DNA of 64,000 nucleotides from Candidatus Bathyarchaeota archaeon (GCA_963769425.1 CAVYLP010000004.1:263088-327087); one strand, 5' to 3'. Counted from the first letter of the stretch, positions 9,325 to 20,006 are shown. The notes: generated by a model from the sequence alone, not told the origin. A program made the numbers and translations.

Positions 9325-9358
9325 GGCTGATGCTTGGGCGTCTCTGTTTGTAAAGCTT

Positions 9359-10894
9359 TCAGAGGAGGCTCTCAGCCGTCATCTCAGGGGGTTTCGTTAT
9401 ACCCATCAACTTGAGGATGGTTGGGGAGACGCAGCTTAGCCCCAGACCCCTCTTCAGTTTGACCATGCGTAACTTGGGGTCATCGGTGATTAGAATGAAT
9501 GGGACCGGGTTTGTGCCGTGGCTCGGGTTCGGTTCCCCGTTGGGGTAGAACATGGTCTCGATGTTGCCGTGGTCCCCAGTGACGAGGATCGTGTAACCCT
9601 TCGTGAGCCCCGCGTTGACCACCAGCCCTAGGCATTCGTCTACCACTTCACACGCCTTGATCCCAGCGGGCATGTTCGCTGAGTGACCTACTAGATCCCC
9701 GTTGGCGTAGTTGACGAGTATGAAGTCGTAGACGCCCTTCGATATCTCGGGTACTAGCTTCTCTGTTATCTCGGGGGCGCTCATCTCCGGCTTCTCCTCG
9801 TAGCTGGGGACCTTGGGGCTGGGGACGAGTATTCTGTCCTCGCCGGGGACGGGGTCCTCTATCTGGCTGTTGAAGAAGAAGGTGACGTGTGCATACTTCT
9901 CCGTCTCTGCTATCCTGAGCTGCCTGAGACCATTCGCGGCGAGGATCTGGGCGAGGTTTTTCTCCACCGTATTCTGAGGGAAGGCGACGGGGAGGGCTAG
10001 GTGCTTATCGTACCCGCTCATGCAAACAAAGTGGACGCGTGGGAACTTTTTGCGGGGAAAGTGGTCGAAGCCGTTCTGGGTCAGGGCGTAGGTGATCTGC
10101 CGTGCTCGGTCGCTTCGGAAGTTCCAGAAGATGATCGAGTCCTCGGCGTTGATGGTGGCGACGGGTTTTCCATCTTCGACTATGACGATTGGTTGGATGT
10201 AATAGTCGGTGGGGTCGCCACGCTGATAGGCGTGGTCGATGGCCTCCAGCGGGTCGGTTTCCTTCCACCCCTCGCCCTGCGTGAGGAGGTCATATGCCTT
10301 TAGGGTCCTGTCCCAGTTCGTGTCCCTGTCCATCGCATAGTAGCGGCCCACCATGGTCGCGATTCTGCCCACTCCCTTCTCTTTGATCTGCTTCTGAGTC
10401 TCCTCGATGAAGCCCTTAGCGGATCGCTCGGGTACGTCGCGGCCATCGAGGAAGCAGTGGATGAAGACATCCCCGAGGGTGTGGCGCTTGGCGAGTTCGA
10501 GGAGCGAGTAGAGGTGGAAAGTGGAGCCGTGGATGCCCTGGTCACTCAGGAGCCCCATGAGGTGGAGGGCGGAGCCCTTCTCCCTGCAGTTCTCGATTGC
10601 ACTCAGGAGGGCTGGGTTCTCGAAGAATGAGCCGTTATAGATGGCCTGGTTGATCTCCTCAAAGGGTTGCCAGACGATCCTGCCGGCGCCCATCGTGAGG
10701 TGGCCCGGCTCGGAGCCTCCCTGCGTCCCCTCGGGGAGCCCCACGGCGTTACCGGTGCACTTCAGCAGCGTCCAGGGATATTTCTTCATATAGTTTGAGT
10801 CGTTGGGCACTTTTGCCTGCCTGACGGCGTTCCCGAACGTCTCATCTGAGAACCCCCAGCCGTCCCTGACCACGAGGATGACTTTCCCCGCCAT
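9359..10894 (-). CDS. gpmI: 2,3-bisphosphoglycerate-independent phosphoglycerate mutase (bacterial-type iPGM)
   Basis: 511 aa. ILVVRDGWG, HLMGLLSDQGIHG, DGRDVP and VTGDHGN motifs. Confidence 0.85.
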   Translation of the reverse strand: MAGKVILVVRDGWGFSDETFGNAVRQAKVPNDSNYMKKYPWTLLKCTGNAVGLPEGTQGGSEPGHLTMGAGRIVWQPFEEINQAIYNGSFFENPALLSAIENCREKGSALHLMGLLSDQGIHGSTFHLYSLLELAKRHTLGDVFIHCFLDGRDVPERSAKGFIEETQKQIKEKGVGRIATMVGRYYAMDRDTNWDRTLKAYDLLTQGEGWKETDPLEAIDHAYQRGDPTDYYIQPIVIVEDGKPVATINAEDSIIFWNFRSDRARQITYALTQNGFDHFPRKKFPRVHFVCMSGYDKHLALPVAFPQNTVEKNLAQILAANGLRQLRIAETEKYAHVTFFFNSQIEDPVPGEDRILVPSPKVPSYEEKPEMSAPEITEKLVPEISKGVYDFILVNYANGDLVGHSANMPAGIKACEVVDECLGLVVNAGLTKGYTILVTGDHGNIETMFYPNGEPNPSHGTNPVPFILITDDPKLRMVKLKRGLGLSCVSPTILKLMGITKPPEMTAESLL

Positions 10895-10990
10895 GGTATG
10901 CAGAGGGTTGTGCGGGATAGAAAAGGGTCACTCCCGCGGTGGAAGGTGATAAACCGGGGTTTGGCGATCAATGTTCCGAGTGTGTTCTCG

Positions 10991-12082
10991 ATGAAGATAA
11001 CGTCGGTTGAGGCCAAGATCTACAATGTGCCCATCCACGTACCCATCATGGAACGGGACTATGATCGCCCTATAGTATTCGTCACCGTGGAGACGGACGA
11101 GGGTGTGACCGGCTACGGGCTCACCGGGGCGATTCAGCGTTCCGGGATCAAGGAGTTCATCAACAAGGAGCTCGCCCCCCTGCTGAAGGGAAAGAACCCC
11201 CTCGAGACCGAGGCCCTCTGGAACCAGATGTACGTCACCCACAACCCCCGCAGCCAGACGGGAATGTGGAGCTCAGCCGTGAGCGCCGTCGACATCGCCC
11301 TCTGGGACGTGAAGGGAAAGCACTACGGTGAGCCAGTCTGGAGACTGCTCGGCGGGGCGAAGAAGAAGGTCCCCGCCTACATCACATTCGGCCTACTAGA
11401 GTTTGACAAGGAGCAGCTCGCGGAGATGGCGACACGCTTCGTCAAGGAGGGGCAGGACAAGCTCAAGATGGTCGTTGCGATAAACGACGCGGATGACCCG
11501 GCTGAGGACGCCGCACGCGTGAAGGCGGTCAGGGAGGCGATCGGTGACAAGGTTCAGCTCATGATGGACGCCAACTACCTCTTCCCATTCAACAGGGCGC
11601 TCGAGCTGGCGAAGATGGTGGAACAGTATAGGATTAGCTGGTTCGAGGAGCCCCTCTATGGGAATGATGCTCGTCTGCTCGCCGACTTACGCAGGAAGAC
11701 CAGCATCCCCATCTCCGCGGGGCAGAACGAGGGCTCCAAGTTCCGCCACCTCGAACTCCTCCTGAACGGCTCAGTAGACCTCCTCCAGCCAAACGTGTGC
11801 TACGTCGGCGGCTACACGGAGGGGATGAAGGTGGCGGCGATGGCGCAGGCCTTCAACCTCCTGATAGCAAACGGCGGGGGCTGGCCCCACCACAACATGC
11901 ACCTGCAGGCGGCGGCGCCAAACGGCTGGAGGGTAGAGTTCCACTACCTCATGTGGAAGGTGGGTGAGGCGATTTACAAGAACCCTCCAGGCCCGATTAG
12001 GGGGTGGGTCACCCTCTCCGAGGAGCCCGGACTCGGCCTCGAGCCTAGGGAGGACGCCCTGGAAGGTTACTTGGTAAAGTAG
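10991..12082 (+). CDS. enolase-superfamily enzyme (mandelate racemase / muconate-lactonizing / sugar-acid dehydratase type)
   Basis: MKITSVEAKIYNVP... N-terminal capping domain. IALWDVKGK, MMDANY and WFEEP metal-ligand regions. Start placed at the ATG at 10991. Confidence 0.8.
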   Translation: MKITSVEAKIYNVPIHVPIMERDYDRPIVFVTVETDEGVTGYGLTGAIQRSGIKEFINKELAPLLKGKNPLETEALWNQMYVTHNPRSQTGMWSSAVSAVDIALWDVKGKHYGEPVWRLLGGAKKKVPAYITFGLLEFDKEQLAEMATRFVKEGQDKLKMVVAINDADDPAEDAARVKAVREAIGDKVQLMMDANYLFPFNRALELAKMVEQYRISWFEEPLYGNDARLLADLRRKTSIPISAGQNEGSKFRHLELLLNGSVDLLQPNVCYVGGYTEGMKVAAMAQAFNLLIANGGGWPHHNMHLQAAAPNGWRVEFHYLMWKVGEAIYKNPPGPIRGWVTLSEEPGLGLEPREDALEGYLVK

Positions 12083-12120
12083 AAATAAGATGTCCCCATT
12101 AGGGGATGTATCAAAAAGGG

Positions 12121-13020
12121 TTACAGTGGGAGTTTCTTTCCGTCGACGTCTAGGAGCTGCCTCCACCTGTTGACGGCCTGCCCCTGGATGTACTCGTACT
12201 CGGAGTCATCGAGGTGCCTGAACCTTCCCTGGAGGCTTAGGGCCTCCCTGACGGGCTTTAACTCACGTGGCTTGTAGGTGAGCTTGAAGTTGTTGCCCTC
12301 GGTGACCTCGTAGAGGGGCCAGATGCCTGACTCAACCATGAGGCGCGCCACCTTTATGGTGCGCGCAGGGTCGAAGCCCCAGCCGGTGGGGCATGGGCTC
12401 TGGACGTGTAGATACTTGAAGCCCTTGATGCCCTTCGCGTACTGGAGTTTGCCGATGAGGTCGTTAGGGTAGGCGATGCTCGCAGTTGCGACGTATGGGA
12501 TGTTGTGGGCCGCCATGATGAAGGGGACGTTCTTCTTGTTCGACCTCTTCCCCCTGCTCTCCGAGGCGACTGGCGTAGTGGTCGTGGACGCGTATATGGG
12601 CGTAAGCCCGCTGCGCTGTCCACCAGTGTTCATGTATGCCTCGTTGTCGGCGCATATCCAGAGGACGTTCTCGTTCCTCTCCGCCGCCGCGCTCATGGCT
12701 TGGAGCCCGATGTCGGCTGTTCCGCCGTCGCCGTAGAAACCGACGACGATCATGTCCTTGCCAACGGCTTCGAGGCCGTTAGTTATGCCGCTGATGAGTG
12801 CGCCTCCTCCCTCGAAGACTGTGCCCCTCCAGTAGAGAGGAATGCTCCCCTGGAGCGCGATCCAGATGCAGCCGGGGACGGATGTGTAGACTGTGTTCTT
12901 GCCGAGTACCTTGAACGCGATCCTGGCTAGTGTGGCGTGACCGCAGCCCTGGCAGCTGCTGTTGCCCATGGCCATGATCTCTTCGCCTTCTATGCGCTGG
13001 AATGCCGATGGTTTGCTCAT
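12121..13020 (-). CDS. porB: 2-oxoacid:ferredoxin oxidoreductase beta subunit (TPP-binding)
   Basis: CQGCGH motif, then GDGG TPP-binding region. Follows the alpha subunit with a 1-nt gap. Confidence 0.85.
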   Translation of the reverse strand: MSKPSAFQRIEGEEIMAMGNSSCQGCGHATLARIAFKVLGKNTVYTSVPGCIWIALQGSIPLYWRGTVFEGGGALISGITNGLEAVGKDMIVVGFYGDGGTADIGLQAMSAAAERNENVLWICADNEAYMNTGGQRSGLTPIYASTTTTPVASESRGKRSNKKNVPFIMAAHNIPYVATASIAYPNDLIGKLQYAKGIKGFKYLHVQSPCPTGWGFDPARTIKVARLMVESGIWPLYEVTEGNNFKLTYKPRELKPVREALSLQGRFRHLDDSEYEYIQGQAVNRWRQLLDVDGKKLPL

Positions 13021-13021
13021 C

Positions 13022-14188
13022 TTAAGCGCCTCCTACCCACTCGACGGCTGTGGAAACCGGCTCCGTGACCGCCCTCAGTGTCTTCTCCGCTATCCTCTTG
13101 ACAATCCCCGTGGTTACCTCGTCGCCGGCCATGCCTGTGTGGAACCCGAGGACCTTCGGCCTCTCCGCCATGTCGTAGATGGCGCTACGCGTCTCGTTGA
13201 GGACGTTACCGCCCCCGCCGAGGCTTACGTTCCTGTCGATGACGCCGATTGCGTGGTACTTCTTCGCCAGCGCCCTGATGTCGTCGACGGGGAACGGGCG
13301 GTAGCATTTGAGCTTGACGAGGCCGACCTTCTTGCCCTCGGCGCGCAGGTCGTCGATGACGACGCGTGCAGTGGATGCGATTGTGCCCATGGCGATTATC
13401 ACTGCCTCGGCGCCATCGCAGTTGTGCTCCTCGATGAGGCCGTTGCCGTAGTTTCTGCCGAATGTCTTTGCGAAGTCGGCGTGCACCGACTTGATTGTTT
13501 CAAGGCTGTTCCTGAACTTGGTGTCGTGTTCGAGCCAAGCCTTCTGGCTGCCGTATAGGCGTCCCTGTCTCTTCTTCCACTCTTGGACCGGGAGGTGTAT
13601 GTCTGGTGCCCATGGGGCCTTGAGCGGCGGTAGCCACTCGTCGACGGCGCTCTGGTCGGGAATTTCGACGGGTTCCGCTGTGTAGCTGAGTATGTAGCCG
13701 TCGATGCCGAAGACAGCGGGCGTCGGGTTACTCGGCTCCTCCGCGATCTTGTAGCTCATGAGGGCCGTGTCTAGGGCCTCCTGGTTGTCCTCGCAGTAGA
13801 GCTGTATCCATCCGTTGTCTCTCTGCGCCATGAGGTCGGTGTGGTCGGGCTGCATGCTCTTGTTGCTCCTGTGGACTACGCCCATGACGACTGGGAGGTC
13901 CGCGCCCTCCATCATCGGGTGGTGCATGAAGAAGAGGCCGGGACCGGAGGTGGCGGTGAATACGCGTGCGCCGGCGAAGCTCGCGCCCTGCACGGCGACC
14001 ATCGCGCTCAGCTCCGACTCGACCTCGATGAACTTGGCCTTCATCTCGCCGTTTGCGATGAACTCTGCGAGGTACTGGACGATCGTCGTCTGCGGCGTGA
14101 TTGGGTACGCGGATATGACCTGGACGCGCGCCAGTTTGGCGCCGTAGGCGACCGCCTTGTTGCCTACCATAAGCTCAGTGTGTGGCAT
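13022..14188 (-). CDS. porA: 2-oxoacid:ferredoxin oxidoreductase alpha subunit
   Basis: 388 aa. MVGNKAVAYGAKLARVQVISAYPITPQT... is a typical POR/VOR/KOR alpha N-terminus. Confidence 0.85.
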   Translation of the reverse strand: MPHTELMVGNKAVAYGAKLARVQVISAYPITPQTTIVQYLAEFIANGEMKAKFIEVESELSAMVAVQGASFAGARVFTATSGPGLFFMHHPMMEGADLPVVMGVVHRSNKSMQPDHTDLMAQRDNGWIQLYCEDNQEALDTALMSYKIAEEPSNPTPAVFGIDGYILSYTAEPVEIPDQSAVDEWLPPLKAPWAPDIHLPVQEWKKRQGRLYGSQKAWLEHDTKFRNSLETIKSVHADFAKTFGRNYGNGLIEEHNCDGAEAVIIAMGTIASTARVVIDDLRAEGKKVGLVKLKCYRPFPVDDIRALAKKYHAIGVIDRNVSLGGGGNVLNETRSAIYDMAERPKVLGFHTGMAGDEVTTGIVKRIAEKTLRAVTEPVSTAVEWVGGA

Positions 14189-14191
14189 CTT

Positions 14192-15046
14192 TTAGCCCTC
14201 CTTCTTCTCGCTCTCCATCACCATGGTGATGGCCTTCGTTGGGCACTCCTCGGCGCACACGCCGCAGCCCTTGCAGTAGACGTAGTCGATTGTGCTCTTC
14301 TTCTCGACCATGTTTATGCTGTGCTCGGGGCAGTAGGTCCAGCATATCTGGCACCCCGTGCATTTAGCGGAGTCGACGACGGGGCGGAAGGTGCGCCAGT
14401 CGGCGCGGCTGTTCGCTGGTTGCTGTGCTACCTTCTTCAGCTCCTTGACGACCCTGTTCTTCCCCACGATGGTCGAGTTGTATGCCTGCTCTACGGCCTT
14501 GGCGTTCGTGTCAGCCATGCGGCCCGACATCTCGGTCTTCACGGCCTTGAGGAGAGACTCGAGTTTGATCTCGCCCGTCGCCCTGGCGAACGCGCCGAGT
14601 ATGGCAGTGTTCGTGATGGGGCGGCCAATGGTCTCGAGCGCCACCTTCGTGGCGTCGACGGTTGCGACCTTGTACTCGGATGTGAACTCCATCTCCTCCG
14701 GCTTGGAGGAGCTGTTTATGATTATCATGCCGTTGGGCTTGAGCCCCTCGGTGATGTTTACCGTGTTCCTGAGGAGGGGGTCGAGGACGACGACGTAGTC
14801 GGGCTCGTGGACGAGGCTCCGGACCATCCTGCTCTTCTCGCCGATGCGGACGAAGGCGGTGACGGGTGCCCCGCGCCTCTCCGTCCCGTACATGGGGATG
14901 GACTGGCTATGATGCCCCTCGAGGAACGCTGCTATGGCGAGGACCCTGGACGCGGTGACCGCGCCCTGTCCTCCCCTGCCGTGGAATCGGATCTCGATCA
15001 AAGGTATCTCACAGACAGTGTAGGGGCCGGTTAAGAGATTTTGCAT
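14192..15046 (-). CDS. porG: 2-oxoacid:ferredoxin oxidoreductase gamma-delta fusion (C-terminal 2x[4Fe-4S])
   Basis: [17 protein letters not shown] gamma motif. The C-terminus has [12 protein letters not shown] and [12 protein letters not shown] ferredoxin motifs. Confidence 0.8.
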
Positions 15047-15159
15047 TTACTGAAAAAGGGAATTCCCCACGGTGGGAACAGGGGCTATGTAATCACTGCG
15101 AAGGGGGGAGAGTTTGTTACAGCCCACAGGACCGTGAAGCAATTAATAGATGAACCGGG

Positions 15160-15175
15160 CGAAACTGTTTAAGCA
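15160..15175 (+). promoter_or_regulatory. TATA-like element (GTTTAAGC) about 30 nt upstream of the amidohydrolase ATG, implying a (near-)leaderless transcript
   Basis: Spacing only. It lies in the divergent intergenic region shared with porGD. Confidence 0.3.
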
Positions 15176-15202
15176 TCTCCGGTCGATTTTCACCTGATTC
15201 TT

Positions 15203-16475
15203 ATGTCTGTGAAGGCTATCGTCGGTGCTACGCTGATCGATGGGTCGGGTAAGAAGCCGCTACCCGACTCGGTCGTCGTGGTGAGGGAGGATAGGATCGA
15301 GGTTGTCGGGAAGCAGGGTGACGTCAAGGTCCCCGAAGGGGCAGAAGTTGTAGACGCCTCGGGCAAGTGGCTCCTCCCAGGGCTCATCGACCTACATGTC
15401 CATCTCTACGGCAGCGGCTTCGTGCCTGTGCCAACGAAAGGATCTGAGATGGCGTACGCCGGCCTCGTGGCGGGTAACAACCTCAGGCAGGCACTGCAGG
15501 CGGGTATAACGACCCTTCGCGCTGTATCTGATAGAGACCACCTCGACATAGCGATGCGTGACGCCGTTGAGAGGCGCCAGATCATCGGTCCCCGCCTCTT
15601 CGTCGCCGGTGTGGGTATCTGTATGACAGGGGGTCACGGCTCCGGGCTACCGGGGGAGATGCATGAGGTGGACGGCCCCTGGGCGGTTAGGAAGGCGGTC
15701 CGCGAGGAGGTGAAGGCGGGTGTAGACTTCATCAAGTTGCTGAGCAGCCACCGGACGGATGACCGTGAGTTCACCGCCGAGGAGATTGAGGCAGGCGTAG
15801 ATGAGGCACACGCGCATGGTAGGCGCTGTGCGATACACGTCGCTAACTTCGTTGGGACAAAGATGGCTACTGACGCCGGCGCCGATACAATCGAGCACGG
15901 GAGTTTCATCGACAAGGAGACCGCGGAGAAGATGGCCTACAAGCGCATCGTACTCGTGCCTACGCTCTGGGTGAAGAACCACATCCCAGAGAGGACGACG
16001 AAGGCGAGGGCGGAGCAGTCGAGGACCGGCATTTGGAACCTCTCCGGCCGCGACCTAGAGCAGACCGAGAGCTGGTTCAATGGATGCGTCGAGCAGCTAC
16101 CAAAAACGATGAAGCTGGCTAAATCGAAGAAGGTCCGAATAGGAACGGGGACAGACAATGTCTTCGGGGACCAGATGTTCGCTATGCTCCCCGAGGAGAT
16201 AGAGTGGATGACGAAGTATGGCATTGAACAACATGGAGGCGATTGAGTCCGCGACCCGCGTCGGGGCGGAGGCGATAGGGGTGGAGAAGACCCTCGGCAC
16301 AGTCGAGGTGGGGAAGCTAGCGGACATGATCATTGTCGCGGAGGACCCGCTGAAGGACATAACGACGCTTAAGAGGGTGGGCTGGGTGATGAAGGGTGGA
16401 GAGGTCGTTGGACTACTACCCCGAGTGGAGACGAAGACCCATACAGGACCCACAGGAGATGCGCTAATTAGATAG
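15203..16475 (+). pseudogene. amidohydrolase-family metal-dependent hydrolase with a +/-1 frameshift near 16215-16225
   Basis: N-terminus LPGLIDLHVHL (HxH). The conserved C-terminus (MEAIESATRVGAEAIG...VGKLADMIIVAEDPLKDITTLKRVGWVMKGGEVV) continues in another frame (ORF 16218..16475). Confidence 0.7.
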
Positions 16476-16482
16476 ATTTGAT

Positions 16483-17280
16483 TTAATTAAAGTATATCGA
16501 AGAAGTAATTCTGTTTTGAAATAGTTTGGTTTTAGCTTCCCTGTCAATTAGCTCCACTGCTTTTATTATTGTTTTTCGATATTGTAATAATAAACCTTCA
16601 TTTAATTCGATTTTTTGATTTATATAATATTTTTTATCCTGAATTTTTTTAATAAATTGTGAATTTATTTTACCATTATTGTGAATTAAAATGTTTCTTA
16701 TCTCTCTAATTTCTATTATTTTATCATTAATTTTTTCATAATTTTGTAATGATAAATTTAATACATTTTTAATATAACTAATCATATCATCATAAGTCAT
16801 ATGTCCAAGAGAGTCTATTTCTTTTAAAATTATTTTTTCAAATACTTCATCAATGTTTTTGTATTCAAATATTTCTTTATAGTTAAGATTTTTATTTGAA
16901 TTTTTAAGGAACAGTTGATATTCATAATGATAGTTATAGACTAAATCCATTATATAAAAATCGTAAAGTGAAACCGAAAAAATTAATATTTGATTTCTTA
17001 TGAAAGGCATTAATTCGGATATATTATTTTTATAATTTATTTCAGTTTTTAAAAATGAGTTAAGTTCCGTTGTTGGAAAAGTTATTCCATGTGTCATGCC
17101 TAGAATTTTATTCATTTTTTCTTCATCGGGATTTTTAATTAACTCGTTATATGTCCACTCACTTTTCTTTATTTCGTTAAATGTCAATATGCTTGCAAAA
17201 ACCTCTATTTTGTCAAGTTTATACATGTTATTCATAAAGTTATCATATATTTCTGTATATCTTTTAATTCTTTTACCCAT
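16483..17280 (-). CDS. HEPN-motif protein (Abi / RiboL-PSP-like predicted RNase) in an ultra-low-GC insert
   Basis: 265 aa, very AT-rich. The C-terminal region has EIREIRNILIHNNG (Rx4H with N after R). No integrase is adjacent. It sits tail to tail 8 nt from the amidohydrolase stop. Confidence 0.5.
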   Translation of the reverse strand: MGKRIKRYTEIYDNFMNNMYKLDKIEVFASILTFNEIKKSEWTYNELIKNPDEEKMNKILGMTHGITFPTTELNSFLKTEINYKNNISELMPFIRNQILIFSVSLYDFYIMDLVYNYHYEYQLFLKNSNKNLNYKEIFEYKNIDEVFEKIILKEIDSLGHMTYDDMISYIKNVLNLSLQNYEKINDKIIEIREIRNILIHNNGKINSQFIKKIQDKKYYINQKIELNEGLLLQYRKTIIKAVELIDREAKTKLFQNRITSSIYFN

Positions 17281-17572
17281 ATTTTATTGTTAATTTATGA
17301 AATATTTAAAATTATTGCAAGAGTAATTTATTGTTATTTACCTCGTTTCTCAACTCGTCCCTGTCATTTTTAAGAGAGAATAAACACATATATAAAAATA
17401 GATGCATATATTAAAAGAATGGAATATAGTGATACAGAAGTAACCACAAACAAAGCCGCATACAAACACAGACGCACAGAAAAAAGAGAGAAGAACTTTT
17501 TCCGTTTATGAGAAGCTACGCTCAGAAAGAACCCCCCGCCTCACAATGGATGCGCAGACTCGGATGGGGCGG

Positions 17573-17690
17573 CCACGGACGCGAAAACTGTGGAAAAAGC
17601 GCCATACTAGTAGCAGGGTATCCACGCTCAGCTACGGACGCGGAAAACGCAAATTTCCACAAAAATATGCGCTTCCACGGCGAACTTTTC
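17573..17690. repeat. three degenerate direct copies of CCACGGACGCG(G)AAAAC with inverted GTGGAAA/TTTCCAC elements, in an ORF-poor GC-rich spacer
   Basis: Copies at 17573-17588, 17632-17648 and 17676-17690. The spacing is irregular. Confidence 0.3.
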
Positions 17691-18052
17691 CGCCTTATGG
17701 TGGGTTGCGCAAACAAGGGGGGTGTCGTGGCCTCGTTATCACCAGCTACTGGTGATTAGGGTGGGCATAGGATGGCGGAAATGAGATGAGACACGTGGCA
17801 GTCCCTCAATCACATACTCTAGCGCGCGCGCTCACCGCGAGGGAGGAGATGAGGTACCTAGCAGGCGAGCTGAAGAGCGCCGCCGAGAGGGCAGGTGTCC
17901 CGACGCCCAGCTTCGACAGGATAACCTCATGGCTCAACGAGTCGAAAGAACCGCTAATCGATGGGAGCATGGAAGTGGGGCTCGATTACCGTGCCCTCCT
18001 CCTTTTGTTGGTATTCAGGTGAGCAGTCGGCGCACATCCGCAGCTCTATTAA

Positions 18053-18676
18053 TTGGGATGCGCCCCCTCTACTCGATCCGATTTGGCAGAGAAACCAGCT
18101 TACTACGACATCCGCGCAGAGCTCTGGAGGAGGAGCTGGGAACAGGCGAAGCCTCTGGGTGAGTTCCTCGTCGGCGCGCCGCAGGATCAAGCACAGCGTT
18201 GGGCCGAGTCAGCCGAGAGGGCGCCAGAGCTCACAGCGGACCAGAGAGCCCGCCTACAGGGGTACAACCGGACCGTGAGGGTGCTCATGGAGGGAGCCAC
18301 GTGGTGTCTCGACTGTGCCAGGATCACACCCTATCTGAGGGCGATCATGAATGCCATCGGGGAGATGGCGGAGCTGCGCCTCATCGATAGGGACGCCTCC
18401 CCCGAGTTGAGGGACGAGCTCAAGATCATGGGCGCCCCTAGGGTGCCTCGTGTAGTCATCCTCAGCGAGGACTGGTTTGAGGTCGACCGACTGGGAGACC
18501 GGAGCCTCAGCGTCTACAGGAGCCGCATGGCTCGGGAGATCGGGAGGGGTGAGGACCACGGCGTCCTCAGCCCAGCCGCGAGGCAGGTAGAGCTCGCTGA
18601 GTGGGTCGACGCACTCGAGCGTACACTAATTATACTCAGGACTGCACCTGCACTCAGGAAGCTTTACGGTGACTAA
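18053..18676 (+). CDS. thioredoxin-fold protein with a WCxxC motif
   Basis: VRVLMEGATWCLDCARITPYL...PRVPRVVIL has the beta-CxxC-alpha pattern. TTG start. N-terminal extent uncertain. Confidence 0.5.
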   Translation: MGCAPSTRSDLAEKPAYYDIRAELWRRSWEQAKPLGEFLVGAPQDQAQRWAESAERAPELTADQRARLQGYNRTVRVLMEGATWCLDCARITPYLRAIMNAIGEMAELRLIDRDASPELRDELKIMGAPRVPRVVILSEDWFEVDRLGDRSLSVYRSRMAREIGRGEDHGVLSPAARQVELAEWVDALERTLIILRTAPALRKLYGD

Positions 18677-18749
18677 CTGCCAGCGGGTATTATATCCATA
18701 AACGCAGCATCTTCTTCGTAAGATTCTGCGAGGACATTGATAAAATTCA

Positions 18750-20006
18750 TTGGATTCTTTTATAAACAGGGTCGCAGACACCCCTATTAGGTGCAGGGGA
18801 TTGGAGAAGGAGAGCAAGGCGAGCAGGGTTTGGCAACTCGAACTTTCGAGGCTGGCCCCAAACACGCGGGGAAGATATGTTCGATTGATGGACGCTTTTA
18901 TGAGTCGTTTTGATATTGCCACCCTTGAAGACCTTTACAAAATGCGAATAGAGGATTTGGAAGCCAAAGACTCACGCGATCAGGGACGAGTCGAGAGGCT
19001 TGTTAAAACCTACATGGACGAATTGGTTAAGCAGGGACAGAAGCCACAGACCGTAGCTCATGTTTTCAAAGCTGTTCAGCATTTCTTCAACTCTCAGGGT
19101 AGGAAAACAAAGCTGGAATTGGCTCCGAGGGATATTCCCAAGGGCGAATCTATTGGGCGAAGCCTGATCACGAAAGAGCAAATCAAACTCGTTTACGATA
19201 GTCCAGGTAGTGCGAAGCTGAGGAATCGCGCCCTGATGATGTTGTTAAAGGATACAGGGCTTCGAATCTCAGATGCACTCGCGTTTAATGTTGAGTCCTA
19301 CACAACCGCGCAAATAGTAGAAAATGAATCCAAAGAGCCATTCAAGATATTTGACCCCTCAGTCACGAAAAAATGCGGGGTTGTGGCTTACGTTGTCATT
19401 GGCCCAGAATCGGTTCAAGCTCTCGATTTGTACTTGAAGGAAAGGAGGGTGGGGGGGCTTTCGCAAAGTGATCCTTTGTTCGTAATCGAATATAACAATG
19501 CCTTTAGAGGATTTAGTAAAGGCGATAGACTGGGTGATGATGGAGGTAGCGAGGAATTCAGGAGGATAGCTAAAAACGCCAAAATCGGTAATAGGTTCGG
19601 CGCACACAGTTTCCGAAAATATTTCATAACCCAAATGCAAAGCGCTGGACTAAGCGAGCCCTGGATTAAGCGTCTTTGTGGTAAGAGCATTGGAGCGAGC
19701 GATAGCCCCTATTCAAAGCCACAAGACATGCCCGACCCCGAGGGAGTTTTCCCCAACCTGCTTGTCGCCTCCTATGTGAAGGCATACAAGGCCCTGCGAG
19801 TCTTTGGGGCAACGGAGGAAGTGGAAGACCTTCGGGAGAGAGTAAAGGCGATTGAGTCTCTTGGCCCCGATTATTGGAAGGTCGTTATAGATGCTTCTAA
19901 TGCTAAGGTTGACAAACCAAAGGATAGTCCAAAGATCACCCTGACGATTGAGGAGCTTAACAGGCTCATAGATGAGAGACTAAAGGCAAGTAAACAAAAT
20001 CGCTGA
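18750..20006 (+). CDS. int: tyrosine recombinase / phage-type integrase
   Basis: 418 aa. Box I region LLKDTGLRISDAL (catalytic R). HSFRKYF (HxxR). C-terminal Tyr region. N-terminal SAM-like domain. Intermediate GC (~48%). Confidence 0.85.
   Translation: MDSFINRVADTPIRCRGLEKESKASRVWQLELSRLAPNTRGRYVRLMDAFMSRFDIATLEDLYKMRIEDLEAKDSRDQGRVERLVKTYMDELVKQGQKPQTVAHVFKAVQHFFNSQGRKTKLELAPRDIPKGESIGRSLITKEQIKLVYDSPGSAKLRNRALMMLLKDTGLRISDALAFNVESYTTAQIVENESKEPFKIFDPSVTKKCGVVAYVVIGPESVQALDLYLKERRVGGLSQSDPLFVIEYNNAFRGFSKGDRLGDDGGSEEFRRIAKNAKIGNRFGAHSFRKYFITQMQSAGLSEPWIKRLCGKSIGASDSPYSKPQDMPDPEGVFPNLLVASYVKAYKALRVFGATEEVEDLRERVKAIESLGPDYWKVVIDASNAKVDKPKDSPKITLTIEELNRLIDERLKASKQNR

Noticed and set aside
12354-14147. 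ORFs antisense to or out of frame within porA and porB (12354..12623, 12962..13558, 13841..15034)
   Set aside because: They are embedded in well-conserved POR subunit genes and are low-complexity.
17573-17690. Possible CRISPR array
   Set aside because: Only three copies. They are degenerate, irregularly spaced (about 60 and 44 bp apart) and without uniform spacers. No cas genes are present.
17786-18676. Fusion of ORF 17786..18022 with the thioredoxin-like ORF (same frame)
   Set aside because: Two in-frame stops (TGA and TAA) separate them. Other genes clearly use both as stops.
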